A stretch of DNA of 64,000 nucleotides. Source: Octopus vulgaris (lineage: Eukaryota). Shown here in pieces: positions 27,609 to 40,679 of the stretch. A program made the position numbers and the translations under genes. The notes below the pieces were generated by a model. It did no database searches and had not been told where the DNA came from. It worked only from the letters and a program-made list of their open reading frames with translations. Within the stretch, counting starts at the first letter, position 1. The number at the start of each line of letters is the position of its first letter. The stretch covers positions 30,008,001 through 30,072,000 of the forward strand of contig OX597834.1 of the NCBI GenBank assembly GCA_951406725.2, read 5' to 3'.

Positions 27609-28121
27609 CTAGCAGTATCGCCCGGCGTTGCTCGGGTTTGTAAGGGAAATAACTATATAAGCATTTTTAGAGAGTTACTTCCCTTATAGATGCCAATTCG
27701 GGCTTTCTTAGCCATTTCTGTTTTGGTGTCTTCAAGCCATGAAGTCGTTGTTCTAAAAGAACGCTGGTCTCCTTGACAACGCTTTACGACGTTGATTTCC
27801 TTACACTCCCTTCCCCACAGCTTCACGAGGGAGGGAAGAAGGGGGAGAAGCAAACAGGTGCAGGTGTGACCATGGACGCAAACTCCGCCGCCATCGACAC
27901 ACGAAAAATTATGCATTAAAATGGAATAAAAAATGATGTTAAATTATTTTTAAAATCGTAGACTCATCGTAGACGTGCGCTAATAGCCAGACGGGCTCGA
28001 TATGAATCACGACTATAAGATACCCGAATTTGGTTAAACTGTACCGCAAAATGTGGGAGTAGTTAGGAATCTAAATCGAAGGGGACAGACACTCACACAA
28101 CTACAGTTTTATATATATAGA
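27609..28121 (-). mobile_element. Non-autonomous Helitron (513 bp)
   Basis: Nearly identical to 2956-3468; TC...hairpin-CTAG at an A/T site. Confidence 0.88.
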
Positions 28122-29032
28122 TGTACATATGCAACAATGGCAGTAGTAGCAGTAGTAGTAGTAGTAGTAGTAGAAGCAGCAGCAGCAGTGGCGGTGGTGA
28201 CGAGTATACAGTCAAAATGAATGACATTGTTAGTTAGGAGTTGTATCAGTCAAAGAGGTTGGGCCTCACAAACCCACATGTTAGCTGTCTGGTGCCTGAT
28301 GGTGGTGGTGGTGGTGGTGGGGAGATGGATGGGTGTTTGGGAGGCTCTTTTGGAAGGGACCAATGTCTGAAGGAAAGGAGAATCACCGCAACGAATGAGA
28401 AGAGAGAAAGCGGGTGTGACCGCAGCGAGTGGGTGACAAAGCTGGGTTTGCTGGTTGTCGCACTCGCACTGCACTCACGTGGTGAACACAAACTGAATGA
28501 TACGTAGTAGAGACATTGGGCCCCCCACCCCACCCCCTGGGAGGGAGAGAGTGAGGGTCCACCCCCACCCCCACCCCACCGGGAGGGAGGGAGGGAGGGT
28601 CCACCACCACCACCACCCACCCCATCAAGGGGGTGAACTGTGACAAGCAGAGAGGGAGGTGTTGGGTTGCTGCAGGGGTACGGCTGTCTCATTAGGTGCA
28701 CATTGCTTTCACCACCATAAAGAGATGACTGCTACAGATATGAATGAATGAGTCTAAATAAGACTTCATCTCTCTCCCTCCGCTATACGTTTATGCCTCA
28801 CTCTCTCTCTTCTTTTCCATGTCACCCTTTCTCTCTGCCATTACATGTTTATGCCCCTCACATTTTCTGTTTCTACCTTCCTCTCTCTCTCTCTCTATCT
28901 CTCCCCTTCTCTTTCTCTTTGTTATTAATAATGAAATAAATAAACCAACCAACAGACAAACAATAGAAACTTGGAGTAAATTGAGACATTATGATGTGAA
29001 TATTTTCAAAGGAGGTAGGGAGGAGGGTTCTC

Positions 29033-29450
29033 GGATCTTTTCAGTTTGAACGGCAGTTTTTAACATAATTTCTAGGTAACTAAAAAATTTTAAACTTCGT
29101 ATACTGGTAGAATGTGTTTATAAAACATCTTTTTCTCTTGGTTTTATTGAGAAAATTCTATAGTTTATAAGATATTTGTTGTTTTTTTTCTTCAATTTCT
29201 GCAATTTCAACCAATCAGTGACGTCTATTGAGTTAAAAAGCATTCTGTGCCATATGAATAAGTCCCTCGTTTAAGAAACAGATTGGGTTTATTTACACTT
29301 GTGAAGAAAAAAAAGATACCCTTCTCCCCACCCCTAACCCTAACCCTAAAAGAGATTGAAATGCAATAGATTGATTCTAGGGTCATAACCATGGGTGACA
29401 ATTTCATATGACACCACTAGAAAAAACTGCCATTCAAACCGAAAAGATCC
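29033..29450. mobile_element. MITE, Merlin-like (family 1)
   Basis: About 28-bp TIR GGATCTTTTCAGTTTGAACGGCAGTTTT; 8-bp TSD GGGTTCTC; inverted copy at 40680-41096; partial copy about 39215-39348. Confidence 0.8.
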
Positions 29451-29698
29451 GGGTTCTCTAACAAACTTAATTATTGATGTAGTTGCTGTTGTTGTTGTTA
29501 TGGTGGTGGTGGTGGTGGTGATAGTGGTTATTGTAGTTGTTGTGGTTGATGTTGTCACTGTTGTTGCTGTGTTTTGAAACCTTCATCAACAAGCTCCAAT
29601 AAAGAAAATCAAAGATCAAAGACACTTCATCTCTACAGCATCATGGCTTCTCTTTCCATTTATTGTTGTTGTTGTTTAGCTGTATCTAGGACATTAAA

Positions 29699-29929
29699 GG
29701 CAGCGAGCTGGCAGAATCATTAGTGCATCGGGCGAAATACTCAGCGGTATTTTGTCTGCCGTTACGTTCTGAGTTCAAATTCCACCGAGGTTGACTTTGC
29801 CTTTCATCCTTTCGGGGTCGATAAATTAAGTACCAGTTATGCACTGGGGTCGATGTAATCGACTTAATCCGTTTGTCTGTCCTTGTTTGTCCCCTCTGTG
29901 TTTAGCCCCTTGTGGGTAGTAAAGAAATA
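29699..29929 (+). mobile_element. SINE family A
   Basis: TSD TGTATCTAGGACATTA (29681-29696/29930-29945). Confidence 0.92.
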
Positions 29930-32014
29930 TGTATCTAGGACATTAGTTTTCTTATTCATAACAGTTGTGTGTAATCTAAGTGAGATTTGACTACTATTTC
30001 TAGGAGCTCAGGCCACCACGTAATGGCTCGATGAACTTCTGTGTAAAAGGGAAAAGAAACTATGATGTTAAGCTGAAGTAAACAAAATAGGAGGGTACTT
30101 TATTAAAGGGAAACGCGTTTGCATAAGTATATGCTTGAGAAGACCTGTTGAGTCAAGTAAAACCGAAATCATAGCTGTGGCAAGTGCCCCGACTGGCTCC
30201 CATTCTGGTGGCACGTAAAATGCATCATCCGAATGTGGGCGATGCCAGTGTCCCTCATCATCATCAATTAAAGTCTGTTTTTCCATGCTGGCATGGGTCG
30301 GATAGTTTGACAGGGGCTGGCAACCCAGAGGACTGTGCCAAGCTCCACCGTCTGCTTTGGTATGGTTTTGTGGCTGGATGACCCCGTTTTTGAATGCTAA
30401 CCACTTCATGGAGTGCACCGAGTGCTTTTTGTGTGGCACCATCACCAGTGGGGTCACCAAGTCACTGGCAAGACAAAGGCTCCTTGACTGGGAGAGGAGA
30501 TCCAGCTTTCTGCTGGATGATGAGAGGTTAAAAAGAGCAACAGAGGGAGAGAGATCAGTGTCTGGCTGTAGAAGAGAGACAAGGATGCCCAAGACAGAAA
30601 AGAAAGGAGAGAAAGAGAGAGAGAGGTGGTGGCAGAGATGTGTCCTCAAGGTGTTGTGGTGGGGAGGAGTGAATATAGGTGAAATGATAGAGAGGATTGG
30701 ACTGGGTGAGTGAACAGAGGGGATGGAGGGAGTGTCATAAGAATATGAGGCGGGATGGTTCAAGAAGGGAGAGAGGTGACAGTAGTAAGTGACGTGAAAT
30801 TAGAAGCGACCACAAATTTAAGTTTAAAAGAAAACAGAACCATGAATTAAAGAGTAAAAGTAAAAAGTGGGCCTGAGAGGAAAAAAAACCCATCAAAATA
30901 AATGTAGGCAAGCTCTTTTAGTTATTGTCTGACATATCTGTTGTAGCAATTCCATAAGAAAAAAATTGGTTGCTGGTTTAGAAAGATGATGACTTCTAGA
31001 ATTACTCAATAATGATAAAAAAATGGAGATCTGATATGAATAATTCCCCAAAGTCAATAGAACATACACTTGATATATTTACCAGCGGACACAGGATCCT
31101 ATGTGTGTGGTTAATGGAAATTTAATCTGCTAGAAACTGTAGTCAAATCTTCTTTTTAGTTACACACTTGCTCCCTTGAAAGCAGGAAGGACATATTGCA
31201 ATGTATTCCCAGACATATAATGAATAGTTCAGTTTTCTTTCCAAATGAAAAGGGGGCCAAAATCTTTGATGCCATTTTTTACACTTTTACCAAAATATGT
31301 ATTAAAGAATTACAGAATAAATTGACTAAATTCTTCTAAATCATCATCAGCAGCAGCAACAACAGTTTCAAATTTTGGCACAAGACCAGTAAGTTCAGGG
31401 GAGGGGCTAAGTTGATTCACCGATTCCAGTGTTCTTAATTTTGGTGGAATTTGAACTCCAAACGTAAAGACAGATGAAATACTGCTAAGCATTTTGCCCC
31501 ATTGTGCTACCAATTCTGCCAGCTTGCCACCTCAGTAATAATGGTTTCAAATCTTGGTACAAGACTAGCAATTTTGCAGGAGGGGTTTCTATCGACCCCA
31601 GTGCTCAACTGGTATTTATTTTATCAACCCCAAAAAGGATAACAGACAAAAATCAACCTCAGCAGAATTTGAACTCAGAATGTTAAGACAGACAAAATGC
31701 TGCTAAGCCCGGTGGGCTAATGATTCTGCCATGTCACTGCCTAAATAATAAGAGTAGTAATAATAATAATAATAACAATGATAATAATACTTTATTGGCC
31801 ACAAGGGCTGTGGAAAACATTTCAGATGATAAGCAAAGGACAGTGGGCATTTACAAAGACAACATTAATCAACAAAACAATTTTAACAAACAGGTTCTCC
31901 ATTTGTAGGGGAAACCCCACCCAGGGGAAACCAAGGATCCCCACAGATCTCGAGCTACCAACTCACCAGGAGTACCAAGGCAAGTGTACTCCTCTCCCTC
32001 TTACTCCTCAGCCA

Positions 32015-32635
32015 ACAAACACCAGCTTAGTGATAAAAATCAAACATCCAGTCAACATCATGGTGTTTAGAGTGATCACCAGTGATTGCAACGTTATGCC
32101 TCCATTCATCTTCCCACATGGCCTCAGACTCAACATGAAGGCCTACATCAAAAGCCTGGGGGAGGTAATGCTTCCATGAGTCAAGAGGGTGGATGCTGGA
32201 AGACCCCTATGTCTGGCAACAGGACTCTGCACCATGCCACAAAAGCAGGAGAATCCAATAATGGCTGTCAGATAATTTCTGTGACCCCATCACCCCTAAC
32301 ATCTGGCCACCTAACACTCCAGACTGCAACTCCCTTGATTGTGTGAGGCGCAGTTGAGTGAGAGACCAACAAAACTCCTTGTAACACCAAAGATGATCCA
32401 AAGGCAAGGATCATGGCAGCATTCACCAACTTAAACAAGGAGACCGTCCACAAGTATTGCAGGAGATTCCAAAGTCGTCTGATTGAGGCGAATGGCGATT
32501 TTACTGGATAAATTTACTCTTTAGTATTTCAAGATATTTTTTATGTAATTTTGGTAAATATATATGTTAAAATGAGAAGTCAGTGTTATTTTCATTTTTG
32601 TGTAATTTAGACGACAATTTATTCACCACACCCTA
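32015..32635 (+). pseudogene. maT (DD37D-like)/Tc1 transposase 3' relic with probable right end
   Basis: KHPVNIMVFRVITSD..VMPPFIFPHGLRLN..AY, WQQDSAPCH, WPPNTPDCNSLD; ends caccacaccctaTA. Confidence 0.85.
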
Positions 32636-33174
32636 TATATATATATACAAATATGTATATATACTTTTGTCTATTAGCAAAAGTGGGGGGTGTGATGGGG
32701 TAATTTACCTCTATATGAATAACACATTTCTGCCTTAACTCAACTCCACAACTGCTATTAACCCTAACTACTTGTGACATCAACTTCTAACATTAATATT
32801 GATACTAACCCCTGACATTCAGCCTCCTTATTCATAGGCAATATTATCTTCGCACCTTCCCTTTTGCACTATTTAGACAGATGGAAGCCAATTCTTGTCA
32901 ATAATTTTTCTCGACATAGTGTAAACTGTTCGTTTGAAATTGTATACAGAATGCTTGATAAGAATGTGTAAATACTGTGTAAACATTTGTAAATATATAC
33001 ACATCAGGTCGTAATGTGTATGTGTGTGTGTATGCATGTGTGAATTTTGTAGACAGAAATTGTAAGAAGACCATCAAGTGTGTGTGTGTGTATTTATACA
33101 CACATACACCAGTCCTTTCAATTTCTCTCTACCAATCCACTTACATACTATTTCATATATATATATATATATAT

Positions 33175-33801
33175 ACAAATTGAGATAGGGGTTGTAAGTG
33201 CCACCCTCCATGGGATAACATATATCCAATATACTGCTAGTAAAGCACCCAACAAAGTTAATACATAAATGTTAAGAATTGCGATGCAGTTAATTCATTT
33301 ACTGTATTATATGGGCAAAGGTAAAATGTTTTACCACAGATTAATAATACAAAATAAGAAAATGGAGAAACACATCTTAATCAATGATCAACTACCAGAT
33401 AATACCCAATCACATAATTTATTAAACCACTACATATGAACATTAAGGTCAAACATAATAATATAGAACAAAACAATGTACATGAAAGAGTAATATGATA
33501 CAATAAGTACAGTATGTATAAGTGAATATAAATAAATATAAATATAAACTACGTCTTACAGCTGTTTCGGCCATGCAGATATGGGTGTCTCATTATGCTC
33601 ATATTAGCCATGTGTGATAGGTCAATATGTAGTTATAAATGAGACACTTACAAAAATATCCTTTCATGTACATTGTTTTGTTCTATATTATTATGTTTGA
33701 CCTTAATGTTCATATGTAGTGGTTTAATAAATTATGTGATTGGGTATTACCTGGTAGTTGATCATTGATTAAGATGTGTCTCTCCATTTTCTTATTTTGT
33801 A
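33175..33801 (-). mobile_element. Foldback PLE pseudo-LTR-like element in (TA)n
   Basis: Inverted arms 33347-33488/33661-33801; hammerhead 3' half GAAACAGCTGTA on minus at about 33557-33568; homologous to 14885-15338. Confidence 0.65.
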
Positions 33802-34599
33802 TATATATATATATATGTGTGTGTAAAATAATCTGCTTGTTTATTCACCCATTATACATTAGCTAGATAGACAGGTGGAGTAAGAGGTAGAGAGAGAGGG
33901 AGGAGTGAAGACAGAAGAGAGGAAGGAGTAAAGAAAGGTGATTAGTATTAATGCACTCTGGCCAAATGGTCACACAGTCAGCTGAAGGTAGAGGTGACGA
34001 ACAAGAGAAAAAGAGGGAGAGAGAAGTGTTAATGATGTGTGGTGGGATGGGGAAGGAAAAATGTGATTAAAAAGTTAGCTGGAGGAAAAGGTAGATAGAG
34101 AAAGATGGACAGGGGAAACAGTTATATTGAGAGAGTGAGAGAGAGAGGCAGATAGCAGTGGTGTGTTGATAGTGAAAAGTATTCTTTTTAGCGAACTGAT
34201 TTATTTTCACAATGACCATTGTTTAAGGCATACGCATAAATGCAATTATTTATTGTCTTCTTGTTTAAAAAATTGATATTTGCTTATAAGGGTTAATTTA
34301 GCCTAAACACTGGATTAACAGGAAACATGGTTGCAAGCTGCTCAAGAAAGGATGCGTAGATATAGTGCACTGATCTGAGAGGAACATCAAGAAGATGTAA
34401 TAAAAAGTGGAAAAAGACACCATGTGACAGACGTGAGGAGATGAATGTGGATGAACGTCAAGAATATTTAAAGAAAGCTAAACTATGAAGGCTATAAAAA
34501 TGCAAATCATCCTTCCTTTCTTGAATAAATCCTCTTAATATTTTCCATTCCATGGAATTTCCAGTAGTCCCACCAGAATATATATCTATCAATATGCAG

Positions 34600-35045
34600 T
34601 GAAATCAATAAAAAGGGTACTGTAAACTTGTGGAGTGGAAAATGTAACATTTTGGACACAGTCCTTCTTCAGGGTTAAAATTGAAAGAGGAGAAATTAAT
34701 TAGACAACAGAGCTTCACATGTTGGAAAAAAAAAATAAGACTGGCTGCAAATGATAAGGAACACAAGATCATATAAGCTTCATACCTGAACAAGAGGTTG
34801 TAGTAAAAGAAACATTGTGAAAAGGAAGAAGAAAAGTGTAATGAAACAAAGAGAAACAGGTGAAGGGAAGGGAAAAGATGAGGTGAGAGAGGAACTGAGG
34901 GATAAGAAAGGGTTTAATAAATTAAGAGGAGGAGGAGGTTTGACAGAATGAACAAAGCATTCATTTAAAGCTGTTGGTGTCATACTGGTAAGATTGAATA
35001 GGAAACGTTCCTTTGTTTCCTTGAGAATGTCCAGAGATTTCATCT
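34600..35045 (-). mobile_element. PLE 3' relic: endonuclease C-terminus plus decayed hammerhead
   Basis: KETKERFLFNLTSMTPTALNE resembles the PLE E..I..L.T..P.GLN end; downstream CTGAAGA-A-GGAC-TGT-GTCC-AAAATGTTA (34672-34645). Confidence 0.55.
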
Positions 35046-35170
35046 CTAATGTTTAAGATGTTATCTGTTGATATTTAGAGGCTTTGTGCTTAAAACAGTT
35101 TACGTCAAAGTGTTCAAAATAGTTAGTAAAATAAGTTCCTAATTGTTTATAAGTTCATCAGAAATCATAA

Positions 35171-35567
35171 TCTCACTCTTATATATAAAGCTGAAGTTGT
35201 CTGTGTATGGCAGGTTTGTTAGCCTTCAACTAACACTATCTCCTTCGAGACCCTGCGGCGTAAGTTGACCAAAATAGAGAGTATGATAGAAGAAGGCTTG
35301 CTATTCCTTCTGTTGAAGAAAAAATTCAAATCGGACCATGTTAACACCAAAAATTATTTACATCAAAAAGGTGCTTTTTTTTTTCTATGAAAATCCCTAT
35401 TTTTTACGATTTTTTGACTGTTGTGTCGCATTTTCCAGTGTATTTCAACCAGAAAAATGTTCATTTCAAGAGAATAACAAGCTACATAATGCAAAAATTT
35501 TACTTTTCAAAAATTTCAATTCTAAAGGGGCGAAACAAACCCGAGCAACGCCGGGCGATACTGCAAG
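35171..35567 (+). mobile_element. Non-autonomous Helitron (variant)
   Basis: A|TC start; CCCGAGCAACGCCGGGCGATACTG hairpin end with CTAG mutated to CAAG, followed by T. Confidence 0.78.
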
Positions 35568-35704
35568 TTATTTATAAGCATAGATACAGAAAGAATTTGT
35601 AGATAGTATTTGATAGGAGAAAGCGTGTATCGCTTTGTCAAAAAATTATCAGATATCATAGCTGCTTATAAGGATTTTAGCGGAATGACCAACATTTTTT
35701 GGTT

Positions 35705-36861
35705 AAACTAAAGCGTTAAACCCAGTCAAAGAAACAAAAAAAAATGTGTGTAATAGGTGTAAAACAACTTCCTCTAAACGAATATGAAAAAAAAAAAGGC
35801 GCGCACGCGAAAGGGGAGTGGGGGAGAGGCCTCGGAAAATTCACATCGGGAATTTCTGAAAGCGTCTGAGGGGCAGACCCGGGCACCAAAACAAAAAAAA
35901 AATAGTGTAATATGTGTAAAACAACTTGCTCTAAACGAATATAACGAAAGAAATGCGCACTCGCAAAAGGGGGGTGGGGGAGAGGCCTCGGAAAATTTAC
36001 ATCGGGAATTTCCTAAAGCGTCTGACCCGGGCACAAAAACAAAAATAGTGTAATAGGTGTAAAACAACTTGCTCTAAACGAATATGATGAAAAAAGGATT
36101 ATAAATAAACCAATCAAAGAATGTTTCGCTTCACCTAAGTGTGTTTATGTAACTGTATTTCTTAAAAAGATCTTGTAGAAAAACTTGGTATTAACAAGTG
36201 AAATTAAGTTATCTCATAAGGAATGTTTTCTTTAACTTTAAAATATCTTCACTTTTTCCAGAATTTCTTCTCTTTCTTTTATTTTTTTTGCGAAATACGT
36301 ACAAAAATACGGAGTTTATGATTCATGTGTGAGTGTGTGTTCTTGATAATAGTTTAGAACAAGTAGTTTTACACCAATTACACTATTTTTTTCTTAGTTT
36401 AAAGGCCGTGGACTGAAAATGTGAAATTTCCGAGGCATCTCCCCCACCACCCCTTTCGTGAGCGCGCATTTTTTTCATCATATTCGTTTAGAGCAAGTTG
36501 TTTTACACCTATTACACTATTTTTGTTTTTGTGCCCGGGTCAGACGCTTTCGGAAATTCCCGATGTAAATTTTCCGAGGCCTCTCCCCCACCCCCCTTTC
36601 GCGAGTGCGCATTTCTTTTGTCATATTCGTTTAGAGCAAGTTGTTTTACACATATTACACTATTTTTTTTTTTGTTTTGGTGCCCGGATCTGCCCCTCAG
36701 ACGCTTTCGGAAATTCCCGATGTGAATTTTCCGAGGCCTCTCCCCCACTCCCCTTTCGCGTGCGCGAATTTTTTTTTCATTTTCTTTTAGAGGAAGTTGT
36801 TTTACACCTATTACACACATTTTTTTTTTTGTTTCTTTGACCGGGTTTAACGCTTTAGTTT
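35705..36861. mobile_element. Foldback element with long TIRs built of ~140-bp subrepeats
   Basis: 35705-36090 is the reverse complement of about 36470-36861; units gtgtaaaacaacttgctctaaacgaatat...gggggagaggcctcggaaaat. Confidence 0.8.
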
Positions 36862-36937
36862 TTTCCATCTCCAGTCTTGTATACATTGTTAAAGACGTTA
36901 TCACTGTCTTTTAATATATTTATGTTAACTAATCTTT

Positions 36938-37361
36938 GGCGATCTTTCGTCTCTAGTAGACCTTTCCATCGATTTCCGTAAAAAAATTTTTTTTTTTTAC
37001 ATATGGGCTTGCGGGAACTTTTGAAGTAATATACATACATATACACATACACCGAGTAAAAAATTTCAGTTATCTCTTTCTTTCACACATTACTCTGTCT
37101 CTTCACACACACTAACAGAAGCACTTCACTTACACAACATACTGTCTCCCACACCCCATCAAACACACACACACACACACACATGTACATCAATGCTTCA
37201 CATGCACGGTAACTTCAAAAGAATTTCCCTCGTCATACAATCGCTTTCTCTTAGTCTCTTTCGCTCTCATTACTTCAAAAGTTCCCGCAAGCCCATATGT
37301 AAAAAAAAAAAAATTTTTTACGGAAATCGACGGAAAGGTCTACTAGAGACGAAAGATTGCC
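36938..37361. mobile_element. MITE, Merlin-like (family 2)
   Basis: About 90-bp TIRs starting GGCGATCTTTCGTCTCTAGTAGACC; second copy at 42206-42483. Confidence 0.8.
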
Positions 37362-37432
37362 CATTTTTTTTTTTTTGTTTCTTTGACCGGGTTTAACGCT
37401 TTAGTTTTTTCATCTCCAGTATACATTGTTAA

Positions 37433-37652
37433 CCCTTTCATTACCAACCCGACTGAAACCGCCTCTGGCTCTGAGTACAAATATCTTATTTTCAGAAGTT
37501 TTGAATTAAAATCTTCCACCAAACCTTTGTCACAATTTATATTCCTAACACTAGCTTAATAATAACTAAGTTGTTTTACTAAATTCTTTGTTATATTTAA
37601 AGTAATTGAAAGAAACACAGAGCATCTCAAAATAAATACAGTAACAAAAGGG
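37433..37652. mobile_element. piggyBac-like MITE
   Basis: TTAA TSD; CCCTTT...AAAGGG ends; empty paralogous site at 36881-36900; fragment at 2885-2940. Confidence 0.85.
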
Positions 37653-37964
37653 TTAAAGACGTTATCACTGTCTTTTAATATATTTATGTTAACTAATCTT
37701 TAACACCACAAATGCTATACAAAGCCTTGAACTTTACTTTTGAAAATATTAGGAAAAAAAAAAAGGTGAAACTATTCAAGATAATAAACATCTTTAAAAG
37801 ACCTCTACATTTTCAAATCCTGTTCTCTGTACATTTTCACTCGAGCGGTACCTTCCAATTTTACTTTGATATATATGTATATTGTTGTGTAAGGCGGGGG
37901 ACAATGCGAGAATGTACAAAATAAACTACAAAAGGAAAAGAAAACAAAACAAAGTTGCAGTTTT

Positions 37965-39115
37965 ACCTTATATTTCTGGGAAAGGACCCTTTCTTCAGGA
38001 CAGGTGGAAAAAGAAGTTGGAAAAGTCGTTGCTCAGGTGTATGGAAGAGGAAGGAAGAAGGCGACATGCGCAGACTGGTATTTGTTGTCGCAACTGTTCT
38101 GCTTCGCGTAGTTCCTTCCTATTGTTAATGGCTGGTCTTCATTTGTTTACAAGGAGGGCCTCCGTGATTCTGAGATTGCTCCTGTTGCGTTGGGTGGTAC
38201 TGGGGGAACTTTAAAATCCTGCGTTTGGCACTTCTGTGCAGATGGTGTACAACCGATTGCATACCGGTCCATCCCCAAAGAAGGTCCGGTTGAAGAAAAA
38301 TACCACAGGTAGTATCGTAAGGGCGAAATGCTTACGTTGTGAGTTCAAATTCCGCCGAGGTCGACTTTGCCTTTCATCCTTTCGGGGTCGATAAATTAAG
38401 TACCAGTTACGCACTGGGGTCGATGTAATCGACTTAATACCTATGTCTGTCCTTGTTTGTCCGCTCTGTGTTTAGCCCCTTGTGGGTAATAAAGAAATAG
38501 GTATTTCGTCTGCCGCTACGTTCTGAGTTCAAATTCCGCCGAGGTCGACTTTGCCTTTCATCCTTTCGGGGTCGATTAAATAAGTACCAGTTACGCACTG
38601 GGGTCGATATAATCGACTTAATACCTATGTCTGTCCTTGTTTGTCCTCTCTGTGTGTAGCCCCTTGTGGGTAATAAAGAAATAGGTATTTCATCTGCCGC
38701 TACGTTCTGAGTTCAAATTCCTCCGAGGTCGACTTTGCCTTTCATCCTTTCGGGGTCGATTAAATAAGTACCAGTTACGCACTGGGGTCGATATAATCGA
38801 CTTAATCCGTTTGTTTGTCCTCTCTGTGTGTAGCCCCTTGTGGGTAGTAAAGAAATAGGTAGTATCGTAGGGTGCGCACTAACCAGTTACCCCATCGACG
38901 ACATCGGAACGTGCTCGAGGGCCGATGGGATATACGAAGTAGTCTGCAGTAATGGTGCAGTATCCTACATAAGGAATACCACCAGGAAATTGCACGCCCA
39001 TATAAAAGAACATGCGCATGGACACTTCAATAAAGAAACACCGAACAAAATCCTAAACTATGCCGACCAATTCTTACCCCTAAAAATGGTGCATGAGTAC
39101 GAAATAATGATGTGA
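37965..39115. pseudogene. PLE GIY-YIG endonuclease relic with inverted 3' part, interrupted by a SINE trimer
   Basis: Plus 38905-39020: TCSRADGIYEVVCSNGAVSYIRNTTRKLHAHIKEH; minus 38200-38110: NLRITEALLVNK*RPAINNRKE, then decayed hammerhead CTGAAGA..GGG..CCC.GAAA at 37998-37968. Confidence 0.78.
38321..38856 (+). mobile_element. SINE family A, tandem trimer
   Basis: Junctions at about 38500 and 38685; TSD AGGTAGTATCGTA (38307-38319/38857-38869). Confidence 0.92.
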
Positions 39116-39720
39116 TACTTGCAATGTAATAATTTCAAACAGGTGGGGTGAAAATAATGAGAAATCAAAAGTTACTCATTTTGCCCCGGTTACTAAATTC
39201 CCACCACGTTGAAAACGTCATTGATTGGTTGAAATTGCAGAAATTGAAGAAAAAAACAACGATATCTTACAAACTATAGAATTTTCTCAACAAAACCAAG
39301 AGAAAAAGATGTTTTATAAACACATTCTACCAGTATACGAAGTTTAAAATACATATGTGCGCGCGTATCACACAGTTTATGCCACCAAAACATCACGGTC
39401 TATTTGATGCTATGTGTTGTCTTTCCTGTGGAAGCCATAGCTAAAAGTAAGTAGAAGCTAATAAACAGAGGATCTCTCGAAATCTTGGTTGACAGCACTG
39501 TCACGTGCAAATACCACCAACAGTCGCGCAATGAACAAGACGGGCGGCCACGGTGATTTTAAGCTCTCCTCATATATTTTACCCGGATTAAAGGAGGTGC
39601 CGGACTATCAATTGCAAGAAAATCGATGGTGTGCTAGTTACTGCTCTTGCTTTTAATCCATTATTTAGAAAACGTATAACACTTCCACAAAAACAAGATG
39701 CCTGATTTTGCAGAAATATA

Positions 39721-40134
39721 TATTTCCTTATTGCCCACAAGGGGCTAAACATAGAGAGGACAAACAAGGACAGACAAAGGGATTAAGTCGATTACATCGA
39801 CCCAGTGCGAAACTGGTACTTTTATTTATCGACCCCGAAAGGATGAAAGGCAAAGTCGACCTCGGCGGAATTTGAACTCACAACGTAACGACAGACGAAA
39901 TACCTATTTCTTTATTACCCACAAGGGGCTAAACACAGAGGGGACAAACAAGGACAGACATAGGTATTAAGTCGATTACATCGACCCCAGTGTGTAACTG
40001 GTACTATATTTATCGACCCCGAAAGGATGAAAGGCAAAGTCGACCTCGGCGGAATTTGAACTCACAACGTAACGCAGACGAAATACCGCTAAGCATTTAG
40101 CCCGGCGCGCTAACGTGTCTGCCAGCTCGCCGCC
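39721..40134 (-). mobile_element. SINE family A, tandem dimer
   Basis: Junction at about 39903; TSD TTTTGCAGAAATATA (39706-39720/40136-40150). Confidence 0.92.
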
Positions 40135-40214
40135 TTTTTGCAGAAATATAATTGTGTCTCGTGCATTGGCTGTTCATCGTTCTAAATTTCGTTAACGATT
40201 CGATACAATAGGAC

Positions 40215-40380
40215 CTTTTTGAAAAAAATATGTCAGAGTATAACCGACATGAAATTGCCTTGGGACAAACTTGTTCGACTTAAAACAGATGAAGCACTGG
40301 CGATGTGCAGTGAAGAAAGTGAACTAATTTGTAGGATAGATTTAAAGATGCAAGAAGAGAACTGCTCTAGTGAATCGACA
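40215..40380 (+). pseudogene. hAT (SPIN/GTF2IRD2-like) transposase fragment
   Basis: KLPWDKLVRLKTDEALAMCSEESELI resembles LPW.KL....TDGAPAM.G..SGL. Confidence 0.65.
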
Positions 40381-40679
40381 TGTAATACAAACCGTAAACT
40401 TTATCCAAACCAAGGGGTTAAATCACCGCCAATTTCAGTTTTTCTGAGGGAAACACATGGAGTTCGGTGATCAGAAGTGTAAAATTAAAATACGTAAAAA
40501 TATGTAACAGCCATATTAGTAACATTTTTTTAAAATGTTTTTTCGTGTTACGTCGTTTTGGGATTTAAGTTTCGTTTTCTACCTAATTACCGACGTAAGT
40601 TGGGGTATGCTTGTATAATGAAATTATTAGATTTCACTGCCGTCACCCCTAGTTTCTATTGTAATTTATTCTCATTTTT

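Noticed and set aside
29332-29349. (CCCTAA)3 telomeric repeat
   Set aside because: Internal to a MITE and present in its other copy; not a telomere.
30068-30763. 231-aa ORF
   Set aside because: Composite of purine-rich low-complexity sequence and family C SINE fragments.
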